Below are positions 55,315-64,000 of a stretch of DNA of 64,000 bases, piece after piece; positions within the stretch are counted from its first letter, which is position 1; each line of letters opens with the position of its first letter. The position numbers and the translations under genes were made by a program. The notes under the pieces are model-generated. The model was given only the letters and a program-made list of their open reading frames with translations, was not told where the DNA came from and searched no databases. Origin of the DNA: Terrimicrobiaceae bacterium (GTDB lineage: Bacteria > Verrucomicrobiota > Verrucomicrobiia > Chthoniobacterales > Terrimicrobiaceae); assembly GCA_041752695.1 (NCBI GenBank), contig JBGSVZ010000085.1, forward strand, positions 115,851 through 179,850, given 5' to 3'.

Positions 55315-56712
55315 ATGGACTACGACTTCGTCATTATTGGAGGCGGGAGCGCCGGATACGCCGGGGCCCGCACGGCCTCGTCGTCGGGTTTAAAAGTCGC
55401 CGTGATCGAAGGCGGCCGGGAGGTCGGCGGTCTTTGCATTCTGCGCGGCTGCATGCCGAGCAAGACCCTCATCGAATCGGGCAATCGTTTCCTCACCCTC
55501 CGGCACGCGCGAGAGTTTGGGCTGCGGGCCGAAGGCATCAGCTTCCACGGCGAGGAAATCATCGCGCGCAAACGCCGCCTCATTGGAGAATTCGCCGACT
55601 ACCGGCGCGAGCAGCTGGAGACGGGAAAATTCACTTTCCTCCGCGGTCACGCGAGATTTCATGATCCCCACACCGTGACGGTTCAAAGTCCCGACGGCTC
55701 GGAAACCTCCCTCACCGCCCGGTCTTTCCTCCTCGCCACAGGGTCCGTCCTGAGCGCGCCTCCCATCGCGGGGCTGGCGGAAGCCGGCTGCCTCACCAGC
55801 GACGATGTGCTGGATCTCGCCGACCTTCCCGAGTCGGTCATCGTCCTTGGCGCGGGTCCGGTGGCTTTGGAACTGGCTCACTACTTTGCCGCCCTCGAAT
55901 GCAAGGTCACGATCGTACAGCGGAGCACACAGTTGCTCACCGGGGTGGATGAGGATATCGCGCGCGTGGTTGAGGTCGCCTTCCGTCAGCGGGGCATACA
56001 GATCTTCACCGGAACGAACATGGTGCGCATCGAGCGCGAGGGGGAGACCCGCCGGGTGATCTTTGAACATGAGGGCGTGGAAAAAACTGTCGAAGCGGCT
56101 GCCATCCTGAACGCTCTGGGACGCAAGCCCAACACCGCGCATTTGGGTCTCCCAAACGCCGGCGTCGAGCTGCGGGGCGCGACGGTGAAAACCAATGCGC
56201 ACCAACAAACCAGCGCGTCCCACATCTTCGCGGCGGGCGATTGCGCCGGCCCTTATGAAGTCGTGCACATCGCCATCGAACAGGGCGAAATCGCCGCCCG
56301 CAATGCCACGCGGGTTTTGCAAAACTCGACCGACCTGGAGAGCATGGACTACCGGTTGAAACTTTACGCCGTTTTCACCGAGCCCCAAGTGGCTTGCGTG
56401 GGAATTTCGGAAGGAGAGGCCCGCGACCTTGGGCTCGATTACCTGACCGCGTCGTACCCGTTCAACGATCACGGCAAATCGATTGTGATGGGAGAATTGA
56501 ACGGTTTTGTGAAACTCATCGTGGACAAAACCTCGCGCGAAATTTTGGGAGGCTCGGTCGTCGGGCCTCATGCTTCCGACCTGATTCACGAAGTGGTGGT
56601 CGCCATGCGCTTTCGTTCCACCGCGGGACAGTTCGCCACCATCCCGCACTACCACCCCACCCTGAGCGAAATCTGGACGTATCCCGCCGCCGAGTTGGCG
56701 GAGAGCGCCTAG
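55315..56712 (+). CDS. Class I pyridine nucleotide-disulfide oxidoreductase (dihydrolipoamide dehydrogenase-like)
   Basis: GGGSAG, GGLCILRGCMPSK redox disulfide, GAGPVALE, AAGD and HPTLSE. Confidence 0.92.
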   Translation: MDYDFVIIGGGSAGYAGARTASSSGLKVAVIEGGREVGGLCILRGCMPSKTLIESGNRFLTLRHAREFGLRAEGISFHGEEIIARKRRLIGEFADYRREQLETGKFTFLRGHARFHDPHTVTVQSPDGSETSLTARSFLLATGSVLSAPPIAGLAEAGCLTSDDVLDLADLPESVIVLGAGPVALELAHYFAALECKVTIVQRSTQLLTGVDEDIARVVEVAFRQRGIQIFTGTNMVRIEREGETRRVIFEHEGVEKTVEAAAILNALGRKPNTAHLGLPNAGVELRGATVKTNAHQQTSASHIFAAGDCAGPYEVVHIAIEQGEIAARNATRVLQNSTDLESMDYRLKLYAVFTEPQVACVGISEGEARDLGLDYLTASYPFNDHGKSIVMGELNGFVKLIVDKTSREILGGSVVGPHASDLIHEVVVAMRFRSTAGQFATIPHYHPTLSEIWTYPAAELAESA

Positions 56713-56736
56713 GGACGGTCCGAAAACTCGAAAACG

Positions 56737-56786
56737 GGAGGGATGCGGGCCCTCGCATCCCAGGCGGCAAGGGCCTGACGCCCTCC
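56737..56786. repeat. GGAGGG-type REP-like doublet
   Basis: GGAGGGATGCGGGCCCTCGCATCCC hairpin followed by an inverted related arm ending GCCCTCC. Confidence 0.55.
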
Positions 56787-56900
56787 ATCAATAAACTTTT
56801 CGGCCAGCTTCTAGGGCCCTTACCCGGCGACAGCACGCGGCCGCGAGCCCCCACCATCGGCCTTGCAGGCGGCAGGACCTGCCTCTAGCTTGCGTCTGCC

Positions 56901-57944
56901 ATGCAGCTGTCCTTGGCCTCCGTCATCATCCCGGCCTACAACGCGGAGCGTTTCCTCCGTCAGGCCGTCGAATCGGCGCTGGCCCAAACCCATTCCCCTC
57001 TGGAGGTCGTGATTGTCGACGACGGCTCGACCGACGGCACACGCCGACTGGCAGATGAAATCGCGGCCGCTGATGCGCGGGTCCGGGTTTTTTCGCAGCC
57101 CAATGCCGGAGTCGGAGCCGCCCGCAATCGGGGACTGGCCGAGGCGCGGGGGGAATTTGTGGCACCGCTGGACGCGGACGATTTTTGGTATCCGAAAAAG
57201 CTGGAGCGGCAGATTGCCGTTTTGCAGGAGCGCGGAGAGCGCTGGGGCATGGCGTATTGCTGGTCCAAGTCGGTCGATGAACACGGCAAGGAAACGGAGT
57301 CCCTACAGCACTGGCCGGTCGAAGGGGATGTTTTTGAGGCCCTCATTTACCGCAACGTCGTCGGCAATGCCAGCGTGCCCCTTTTCCGCGCTTCGGCTTT
57401 GCGGGAAGTGGGAGGGTACCGGACGCGCGAGGAGCAGAGCGGGGCGCAGGGCTGTGAGGATTGGGATCTGACGATCCGTGTCGCGGCGCAATATTTTGCC
57501 GCCGAGGTTTCCGAATTTCTGGTGGCCTACCGGCAGATCGCGGGAACGATGACATCCGATGTCACCGGCATGGCCCGATCCTACGAGGTGACCATGCAGG
57601 AACTCCGGCAGGGTCATCCCGAACTTTCCGAGTCCTTGTTCCGTTGGTCGGCGGGACACTTCTATTTGTATCTTCTGAACATCTGCTATGCGGCCGGCAA
57701 CTATCCGGCATGTTTCCGGATGCTGCGGCGTCTTCTTTCCGCCGATCCGGCGACAATTCTCAGCCCGACAATTTACCGCGTGACCGCGATGAGCCTGCTC
57801 CGGATGGCGTTCGGTCGGAACATTCTTCAGCGAAAAAGGCTGGGCGCGCCGGACGATGACCTGCGCAAACCATGGTGGATTCCGGCTCATTGGGTGGAGG
57901 CACGCCGCTGGGCGGTGCTCCTGCGGAGAAAACGCGCACCGTGA
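56901..57944 (+). CDS. Glycosyltransferase family 2
   Basis: SVIIPAYN, VDDGSTD, ARNRG, LDADD and EDWDL. Confidence 0.93.
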   Translation: MQLSLASVIIPAYNAERFLRQAVESALAQTHSPLEVVIVDDGSTDGTRRLADEIAAADARVRVFSQPNAGVGAARNRGLAEARGEFVAPLDADDFWYPKKLERQIAVLQERGERWGMAYCWSKSVDEHGKETESLQHWPVEGDVFEALIYRNVVGNASVPLFRASALREVGGYRTREEQSGAQGCEDWDLTIRVAAQYFAAEVSEFLVAYRQIAGTMTSDVTGMARSYEVTMQELRQGHPELSESLFRWSAGHFYLYLLNICYAAGNYPACFRMLRRLLSADPATILSPTIYRVTAMSLLRMAFGRNILQRKRLGAPDDDLRKPWWIPAHWVEARRWAVLLRRKRAP

Positions 57945-59743
57945 GAGCCGTCCTTCGTCTGCTTCGTCCCTTGTGGCCGCTGCTCGGGCTGCACCGCCGC
58001 ACCCTGGCCGCGCTGGTCGTGCTGGGACTGCTGGCGGCCCTGGCCGAGGGGATTTCGATTTCCCTCATTGTCCCCCTCATCGCGGGGCAGAAGGCAGCGG
58101 CAGGCACGGGCTTTCCCGCCTGGCTTTCCGGGCTTTTTGAAACACTGCCGGAGGCTGGGCGCGTACCGGTGGCGGCCGGCTGCATTCTGGCCGGGGTGGT
58201 GTTGAAAAACCTGCTTTGTTATGCCTACGCATTGCTTTTCTCCTGGCTCAACGCCGGCGTCGGACACCGCCTGCGATCCGCCATTCTTTCCCAGGTTCTG
58301 GCCGTCAGCCAGGAATACCTCGACCGCCAGCAGTCCGGGCGTCTGATCAATATCCTGGGCACGGAAACCTGGCGCGTGGCCACCGCGCTTTCGATCCTTG
58401 CGGACATGTTGATTAACTTTTGCATGGCGGCGATTTTCAGCCTCATCCTGCTCGCGCTCTCGTGGAAGCTTGCCTTGATTTCGGCGGTCTTTTTTCTGCT
58501 GGTCACGCTGATCACCCGCCTCGTCACGGCGCAGGTACAGCACCTCGGACGCGAGGCGGTCGCGGCCAACACGTCCTTCGCCCACCGCATGATGGAGACT
58601 TTCCAAGGCCTTCGGGTCATCCGGCTTTTCGGTCATGAAAAATGGGAGCAGGGCCGTTTCGATGACGCCTCCCGGGACGTGCGCGCAACGTTCTTTCGCG
58701 TGGACCGCCTCTCCCTGCTGGTGCATCCGATCTCCGAGGTTCTGACCGCGTTTTTCCTGGTCCTTGTGTTGGTGACCGCCACGGACAACCGCGCGGAGTT
58801 TGCCGGGACGATCGCGTTTCTCCTTCTGCTTTACCGCCTGCAGACCCGGGTGAAAAACCTCGATGGCCAGCGGGTCGCCCTCGCCGGTCTCACCGGCTCG
58901 GTCGAGGAGGTGGCCACCTTGCTCAGCCGGGACGGCAAACCCTACCTTGCCGACGGAAACGCCCGGCCCGCGGACCTCTCGCCCGGCATCCATTTCGACC
59001 GGGTCACACTGGCGTACGAATCCCGCCCGATCCCCGCGCTGGATGGCGTGAGTTTTTGCATTCCCGTCGGTAAATCCACCGCTCTGGTCGGGGCCTCCGG
59101 CGCGGGCAAATCCACCGTGGCCAGCCTCCTCTGCCGCCTCTACGATCCCACCGCTGGACGGATCACCGTCGGGGCCTCGGACCTCCGGGACCTCGACCTC
59201 GCGTGGTGGCGTCAGCGCATCGCGGTGGTGAGCCAGGACGTCCACATTTTCGACGCCACGGTTGAAGAAAACATCGCCTACGGAAAACCCGGCGCGACGC
59301 TGGCGGAAACCACCGAGGCGGCCCGCCAGGCCCATGCGCTGGAATTTATCACCGCGTTGCCGGAGGGGTTCGGCACCCGGCTGGGCGACCGGGGACTCCG
59401 GCTTTCCGGCGGACAAAAGCAGCGCATCGCCCTGGCCCGCGCGCTGATCCGCGATCCGGAAATCCTCATCCTCGACGAAGCGACCAACGCCCTCGATCTC
59501 GAGTCGGAACGCCTCGTGCAGGACGCCCTCGACGCCGCGGCCCGCAGCAAAACGGTCCTCGTCATCGCCCACCGCATCAGCACGGTGGAAAAGGCCGACC
59601 AGGTCATCGTGCTGGAGGACGGGCGCATCGCCGAGATCGGTTCGCCCTCCGTGCTCGCCGCGGCGGGAGGTCCCTTTTCCCGCCTGCGCGCGCTGCAATA
59701 TCAAACGCGTGAGGAGGTGAGCGGTTCTGCGTTTCAAAACTGA
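57941..59743 (+). CDS. ABC exporter, fused permease/ATPase (possible glycan/glycolipid flippase)
   Basis: GTG 57941 overlaps the GT2 stop; GASGAGKS, LSGGQKQR and LDEAT; embedded among GT2 genes. Confidence 0.9.
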   Translation: MRAVLRLLRPLWPLLGLHRRTLAALVVLGLLAALAEGISISLIVPLIAGQKAAAGTGFPAWLSGLFETLPEAGRVPVAAGCILAGVVLKNLLCYAYALLFSWLNAGVGHRLRSAILSQVLAVSQEYLDRQQSGRLINILGTETWRVATALSILADMLINFCMAAIFSLILLALSWKLALISAVFFLLVTLITRLVTAQVQHLGREAVAANTSFAHRMMETFQGLRVIRLFGHEKWEQGRFDDASRDVRATFFRVDRLSLLVHPISEVLTAFFLVLVLVTATDNRAEFAGTIAFLLLLYRLQTRVKNLDGQRVALAGLTGSVEEVATLLSRDGKPYLADGNARPADLSPGIHFDRVTLAYESRPIPALDGVSFCIPVGKSTALVGASGAGKSTVASLLCRLYDPTAGRITVGASDLRDLDLAWWRQRIAVVSQDVHIFDATVEENIAYGKPGATLAETTEAARQAHALEFITALPEGFGTRLGDRGLRLSGGQKQRIALARALIRDPEILILDEATNALDLESERLVQDALDAAARSKTVLVIAHRISTVEKADQVIVLEDGRIAEIGSPSVLAAAGGPFSRLRALQYQTREEVSGSAFQN

Positions 59744-60929
59744 CGAGATCGAGATCACCGCGCCACTGCGCGAGGTGACATTCACGGAGAACGAAAGCGG
59801 GGTCGGTCTTCTCATCCGCCGCCGCGGCAGCCCCATCGGGTACCTGCTGCGCGAAGCCGAATCCCGTGTTTCTCCGGAGACCCTCCGCGAATGGATCAGC
59901 CAGGAGTTCGGCCCAAAAATTCTCGAGGAAGCCATCCTCGAGGAACTGACTCCTCCCGTGAGGAACGCCGCGCCGCCGACCCTCACTGTCGCAATTTGCA
60001 CGCACGCGCGGGCCGATGTTTTAGCCCGCTGCCTCGCGTCCCTCGCCCCTCTCCAGAGCCTCCCCAACTTCGAGATCCTCGTCGTGGACAACGCCCCGCC
60101 AGACGCCACCATCGCCGAACTCGTGAGCAAACATCCCGGTGTCCGCTACACCACGGAGCCCCGGCCCGGACTCGACTTCGCCCGCAACCGCGCCTGGCAG
60201 GAAGCCCGCGGAGAGTGGGTGGCCTATCTGGATGATGACACGACGGTGGACGCCCAATGGTTTGAGGGCCTGGTGGAAGGGTGGCGGGAGAATCCGGACG
60301 CCGCCGCCATAACCGGACTGGTGCTGCCTGGGGAACTCTCCACCCGTGCGCAAATCCTTTTCGAAAAACGCGGGGGATTTCGCCGCGGTTTCGACACCCG
60401 GCGTTTCGGCAGCACCCTGCCCGGCAACGCCTTGCACCCGGCGGGCGCGGGCATCTTCGGCACAGGTTGCAACATGGCCTTTCGCAAAGATGTGTTGCGG
60501 GACCTGGGCGGCTTTGACGAAGCCCTCGACACCGGCCGTCCGCTTCCCGGCGGCGGCGACCTGGACATGTTTTTCCGCGTGATTGCTGCAGGCCATGTCC
60601 TCGTCTACGAACCCCACTGCCTCGTCTTTCACGAACATCGGAAAACCGAAGCCGCCCTCCGCCATCAATATTACACCTGGGGCCTCGGCCTCATGGCTTA
60701 TGTGGGGAAACACCTCCGCCCCGGCGAACCGCGGCGCGAGCTGTTCGAGCGTCTGACGCGCTGGTGGTTTCGCGACATGCTCCGGCAGCTCAAAGACGCT
60801 GTACGTGGACGTCACCCGCTGCCCATTTCCATGGTGCTGGCGGAACTCTGGGGCGGCGCGGTCGGCCTCTGCGGGGAATACCGACGCTCCCAACGCCGCA
60901 TCGAAAAAATTAAAGCCGCCCACCCATGA
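59727..60929 (+). CDS. Glycosyltransferase family 2
   Basis: VAICT, VVDNAP, GLDFARN, YLDDD, GCNMAFR and GGGDLD. Start possibly CTG 59727 after GAGGAGG; the track gives GTG 59775. Confidence 0.88.
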   Translation: MRFKTDEIEITAPLREVTFTENESGVGLLIRRRGSPIGYLLREAESRVSPETLREWISQEFGPKILEEAILEELTPPVRNAAPPTLTVAICTHARADVLARCLASLAPLQSLPNFEILVVDNAPPDATIAELVSKHPGVRYTTEPRPGLDFARNRAWQEARGEWVAYLDDDTTVDAQWFEGLVEGWRENPDAAAITGLVLPGELSTRAQILFEKRGGFRRGFDTRRFGSTLPGNALHPAGAGIFGTGCNMAFRKDVLRDLGGFDEALDTGRPLPGGGDLDMFFRVIAAGHVLVYEPHCLVFHEHRKTEAALRHQYYTWGLGLMAYVGKHLRPGEPRRELFERLTRWWFRDMLRQLKDAVRGRHPLPISMVLAELWGGAVGLCGEYRRSQRRIEKIKAAHP

Positions 60930-62278
60930 CCGAAGATCGCTGGCTGGTCTCAAGGCTCGATGTGGCACAACCCCTCACGGACCTCTCCGCGCCCGCGGAC
61001 GTTGGCGGGATTCACCTGCAACTCTGGCACCGGGAACTTCCTCTCGGCCAACTGTGGCTCCCCCGCGGGGTTTTCCCCATGCCGCCCATGGAGCTCGCCC
61101 GCGCAATTTCCCGCGCCATCGCCCCCGCCGTGGGCAACCGGATTTTCCCCCACGGATTCCGGGCACCTCTCCCGGTCACCGGCGACAATCCCGCCCGCGA
61201 CATCCCGCCGGATCTCGACGCACTCCTTTCGGTGCAAACCCCCATTTCCGACCTCCGATCTCCGAATTGCCTTCCCAGGCCACACCTTAGTGTGATCCCG
61301 AAAACGACAGTCCCGCCACTGCGGGACGGGTGTACCGAACTCCCATCTCCGATCTCCGATCTTCGATCTTCCAACTTCGATCTTCGATCTTCGATAGTCG
61401 TCTGCACCCGCAACCGCCCGGAGGCGCTGGAAAAAAACCTCGCCAGCCTCGCCAGCCTCGATCCTCCCGCTGACGAGATCCTCGTGGTGGACAACGACCC
61501 CGCCGACGAACGCACGCGGGCCGTCGTGCAGAAATTTCCGAACGTCACCTGGCTCCCCGAGCCAGCTCCCGGCCTCAGCCGGGCCCGCAATACGGGCATC
61601 CGCCACGCCCGCGGAGAGATTCTGGCCTGGACCGATGACGACACCATCGTTCACCCCGGCTGGATCGGGGCGGTGCGCTCGGTATTTGCCGACCCTGACA
61701 TCTCGGCCATGACCGGGCTCGTCCTAGCGGGTGCGCTGGAAAACCCCGCGCAACTCCACTTCGAGCGCGACTTCGGCGGGTTTGGGCGCGGCTTTCGGGC
61801 CTTCACCCTCGATGCCCAGTTTTTCGAGGAGATGAAAACCCGTGGCGTTCCCGCGTGGCAGGCCGGCGCGGGGGCGAACATGGCCTTCCGACGCGAGGTC
61901 TTTGCCACCCTCGGCCCGTTTGACGAGCGCCTGGGCGCTGGTGCGGCGGGGTGTAGTGAAGATTCCGAGTATTGGTACCGTCTGCTCGCGGCCGGCCAGA
62001 GCATCCGCTACGAACCCCGCGCGGTGGTCTGGCATTTCCACCGCGCGACTGACGACGGGCTGCAACTCCAAATGGAGGAATACATGCGCGGCCACGTGGC
62101 GGCACTGCTCTTTCAATATCAAAAACACCGCCACGCGGGAAACCTCCGCCGGTTGTTCCTGTCCCTACCCCGTCACTATTGGTCCGCCATCCGCCACCGC
62201 ACCGCGGGCCGCACGCTTGCCCGCGAGGTGCGGGGGTGTCTGCGAGGGATTTTCTACTATCTCCGCAACAATAGTTGA
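60926..62278 (+). CDS. Glycosyltransferase family 2 (paralog of upstream GT2, with repeat-derived insertion)
   Basis: VVCTRNR, VVDND, GLSRARN, WTDDD, GANMAFR and GCSED. ATGA overlap. Confidence 0.9.
   Translation: MTEDRWLVSRLDVAQPLTDLSAPADVGGIHLQLWHRELPLGQLWLPRGVFPMPPMELARAISRAIAPAVGNRIFPHGFRAPLPVTGDNPARDIPPDLDALLSVQTPISDLRSPNCLPRPHLSVIPKTTVPPLRDGCTELPSPISDLRSSNFDLRSSIVVCTRNRPEALEKNLASLASLDPPADEILVVDNDPADERTRAVVQKFPNVTWLPEPAPGLSRARNTGIRHARGEILAWTDDDTIVHPGWIGAVRSVFADPDISAMTGLVLAGALENPAQLHFERDFGGFGRGFRAFTLDAQFFEEMKTRGVPAWQAGAGANMAFRREVFATLGPFDERLGAGAAGCSEDSEYWYRLLAAGQSIRYEPRAVVWHFHRATDDGLQLQMEEYMRGHVAALLFQYQKHRHAGNLRRLFLSLPRHYWSAIRHRTAGRTLAREVRGCLRGIFYYLRNNS
61241..61395. repeat. Heptamer repeat tracts flanking a hairpin, in-frame within GT2
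   Basis: CCCATTTCCGACCTCCGATCTCCGA ... GTCCCGC-CACT-GCGGGAC ... run of GATCTCC/GATCTTC units. Confidence 0.75.
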
Positions 62279-62321
62279 CCTTGGTTGCACCCGGGGTAGA
62301 TTTCCCCCCACCCACGACCGT

Positions 62322-62774
62322 ATGAACCTCAACAACCTCACCAGCAGCTTCATGCCTGAACCCACCTCTCCTACGTCCGCCAAAAATGTCCTCGCCAACG
62401 ATGTGGACATCAAGGGAACGATCAAATTTGAAAACGAGCTGATTTTCGATGGCAAGATCGATGGCGAAATCATCTCCGACGCCGGCAGCCTCACCATCGG
62501 CAAAAACGCCAACGTCAATGGCGAAGTCAAAACCAAGTCCGTCGTCGTCCATGGCTCCGTCACCGGCAACATTGTGGTGTCCGAACGCTGCGAACTGAAA
62601 GCCAGTTCCCAGCTCACCGGCGACCTCAAGGCCATGCGCATTGTCATCGAAGAAGGCGCGACCTTCATCGGAAAATCCGAAGTCACACCGAACAAGCAGG
62701 TCAAGACGGACCGGCCGGCCGCTGCTCCGGCTCCCGACGTCCGCAAAAACCAGCCTGCCACCGCTGCGGCCTGA
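62322..62774 (+). CDS. Bactofilin (polymer-forming cytoskeletal protein, CcmA family)
   Basis: DVDIKGTIKF...DGKIDGEI...IGKNANVNGEV..V.HGSVTGNI...IEEGATFIG beta-helix pattern. Start at 62322 or 62352. Confidence 0.93.
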   Translation: MNLNNLTSSFMPEPTSPTSAKNVLANDVDIKGTIKFENELIFDGKIDGEIISDAGSLTIGKNANVNGEVKTKSVVVHGSVTGNIVVSERCELKASSQLTGDLKAMRIVIEEGATFIGKSEVTPNKQVKTDRPAAAPAPDVRKNQPATAAA

Positions 62775-62788
62775 TTTGATCCGCCTTC

Positions 62789-63493
62789 ATGCCGGAAGCT
62801 CCCCGCAAGGCGCCTTTTGCGTGCCCTGAGTGCGGACACGTCCAGCAGGAATCCCCGCATCTCATCTCGACCTACTGCCGCTCCTGCGGCTGTTATTACG
62901 AAGTCCGCGCCGCGGGCCGGAATAAACCCCCGACACCACCGCCGCGGCAGGCGCCGCGCATTCAGCGCACCGTCAAATGTCACCGTTGCGGCGAAACCCA
63001 CGAGGTTTCCAGCCACTCTCAAAACACGATCTGTCCTGGTTGCAATGCCGCCATTGAGTTTGGGGACATCGTCATTTCGTCCAATATGTCCCGGCCCGTG
63101 GACACCCGGGGCAAGCTCGTCATCGAGGCCACGGGGAATCTGAACAACACCCAAACCTCCTGCGGGGACGCCGCCATCTGGGGAAAGGTCAGTGGCGTGC
63201 TGCACTGTGAGGGCACCCTGCGCCTCCACACCGTGGGGAAACTCAATTGCCGCGTCACCGCGACCACAGTGGTGATCGAGAAGGGCGCCCGCATCGAATT
63301 TGCCCACCCCCTGGAATGCGCCACGCTGGAAGTCTACGGCAGCGCCACCGGGCGCTTCGAGTGCTCCAAAGCCGTCAAGGTCGGCAAGGGGGGCCTGCTC
63401 GAAGGCAAGTTCCACACCCGCGCCATCGTCGTCGATGGCGGCTCCCTCCTGGCAGAAAGCTCGGTCGATTCCGTCCTGAAGGCGGATGGCTAG
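62789..63493 (+). CDS. Zn-ribbon / bactofilin-domain fusion protein
   Basis: Four CxxC motifs (CPEC, CRSC, CHRC, CPGC) followed by bactofilin-like beta-helix repeats. Confidence 0.8.
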   Translation: MPEAPRKAPFACPECGHVQQESPHLISTYCRSCGCYYEVRAAGRNKPPTPPPRQAPRIQRTVKCHRCGETHEVSSHSQNTICPGCNAAIEFGDIVISSNMSRPVDTRGKLVIEATGNLNNTQTSCGDAAIWGKVSGVLHCEGTLRLHTVGKLNCRVTATTVVIEKGARIEFAHPLECATLEVYGSATGRFECSKAVKVGKGGLLEGKFHTRAIVVDGGSLLAESSVDSVLKADG

Positions 63494-63569
63494 GTTTGAA
63501 TGGCCCGGACCGGAAAAGATACCGGCAGCCTTAAAAAGGGGGTGTGTTTGTCGTTCTTAATACCGCGGG

Positions 63570-63839
63570 TTAACCGGAGCATGAGCCAAGCCTATCATTT
63601 TTTTCATTCTGCGAAACGAGAGGACCAGGACATTCCGATGTAAAAATGAAAGACCTGACCCCCGTCTTGCTTTTCAAGTAGAATATCTCGTCTCCAACCC
63701 CATAGACGACATGAACATATCCTCGTTCGTCACATAGAATCTGGGGTTGGCGCCCTCGCTCAGTTCCTTCAATATCAGAAGCAGCCACTTCCGTTAGAAC
63801 TCCAATTGCTAGAAATAGTAGTAGTGTTTTGATTCTCAT
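63570..63839 (-). pseudogene. Low-GC remnant of a secreted protein (BNR/sialidase-like N-terminus)
   Basis: Signal peptide, QPQI..D.RGYVHVVYG..DEIFY, then a disrupted SxDGG-like motif and an early stop. AT-rich compared with flanks. Confidence 0.4.
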
Positions 63840-63904
63840 ATGTTGTCGAACGCAGGATAAAAGTAAGCGTCACACAAGGCGCCCAAGACGAATGGCTTGA
63901 TTTT

Positions 63905-63941
63905 TCATAGGCGTCAGAGGCGCGATCTATGACGCCTATGA
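63905..63941. repeat. Perfect 12-bp inverted repeat
   Basis: TCATAGGCGTCA-N13-TGACGCCTATGA. Confidence 0.7.
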
Positions 63942-64000
63942 TGTTTCAGGCGGCTGCCTGGAGAGGAGTCCGGCGGGCTTTGAGCCAGTTTTCCGGGGTG

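Noticed and set aside
55315..56712. Mercuric reductase MerA
   Set aside because: Lacks the C-terminal Cys-Cys pair and NmerA domain, has HPTLSE, and no mer genes are nearby.
61842..62321. N-terminal extension of bactofilin
   Set aside because: Overlaps the GT2 gene out of frame; the bactofilin domain starts after 62322.

Overview
This is a GC-rich bacterial chromosomal window, most likely Verrucomicrobiota (inferred from gene content such as the pseudopilin family, the ACIII layout and the Zn-ribbon bactofilin; not verified). In order it holds: the 5' part of hemL; a kdpABC-kdpDE operon with a direct-repeat KdpE box; psd-pssA; a small Fe-S module (rhodanese-like, IscU-like, SufT); adenine deaminase; an ~18 kb minus-strand respiratory supercluster; pseudopilin and pilin genes; LysR with an Aas-like acyltransferase; a CPA2 antiporter; a lipoprotein GH1; a GT2/ABC cluster; and two bactofilins. 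The supercluster runs alternative complex III actABCDEF(G), a cbb3-like CcoN/CcoO/cytochrome c block, an A1-type aa3 oxidase, then ctaA/ctaB/SCO/DUF420. The most striking feature is the CcoN-like subunit. It has lost all six heme/CuB histidine ligands but is intact and translationally coupled, while its partner c-type cytochromes keep their heme motifs. This suggests a catalytically dead cbb3 scaffold reused as an electron wire between ACIII and the aa3 oxidase (inference). Several families of short palindromic and heptamer repeats are scattered through the window, and some sit in-frame inside proteins. I saw no rRNA, tRNA, CRISPR array or transposase.
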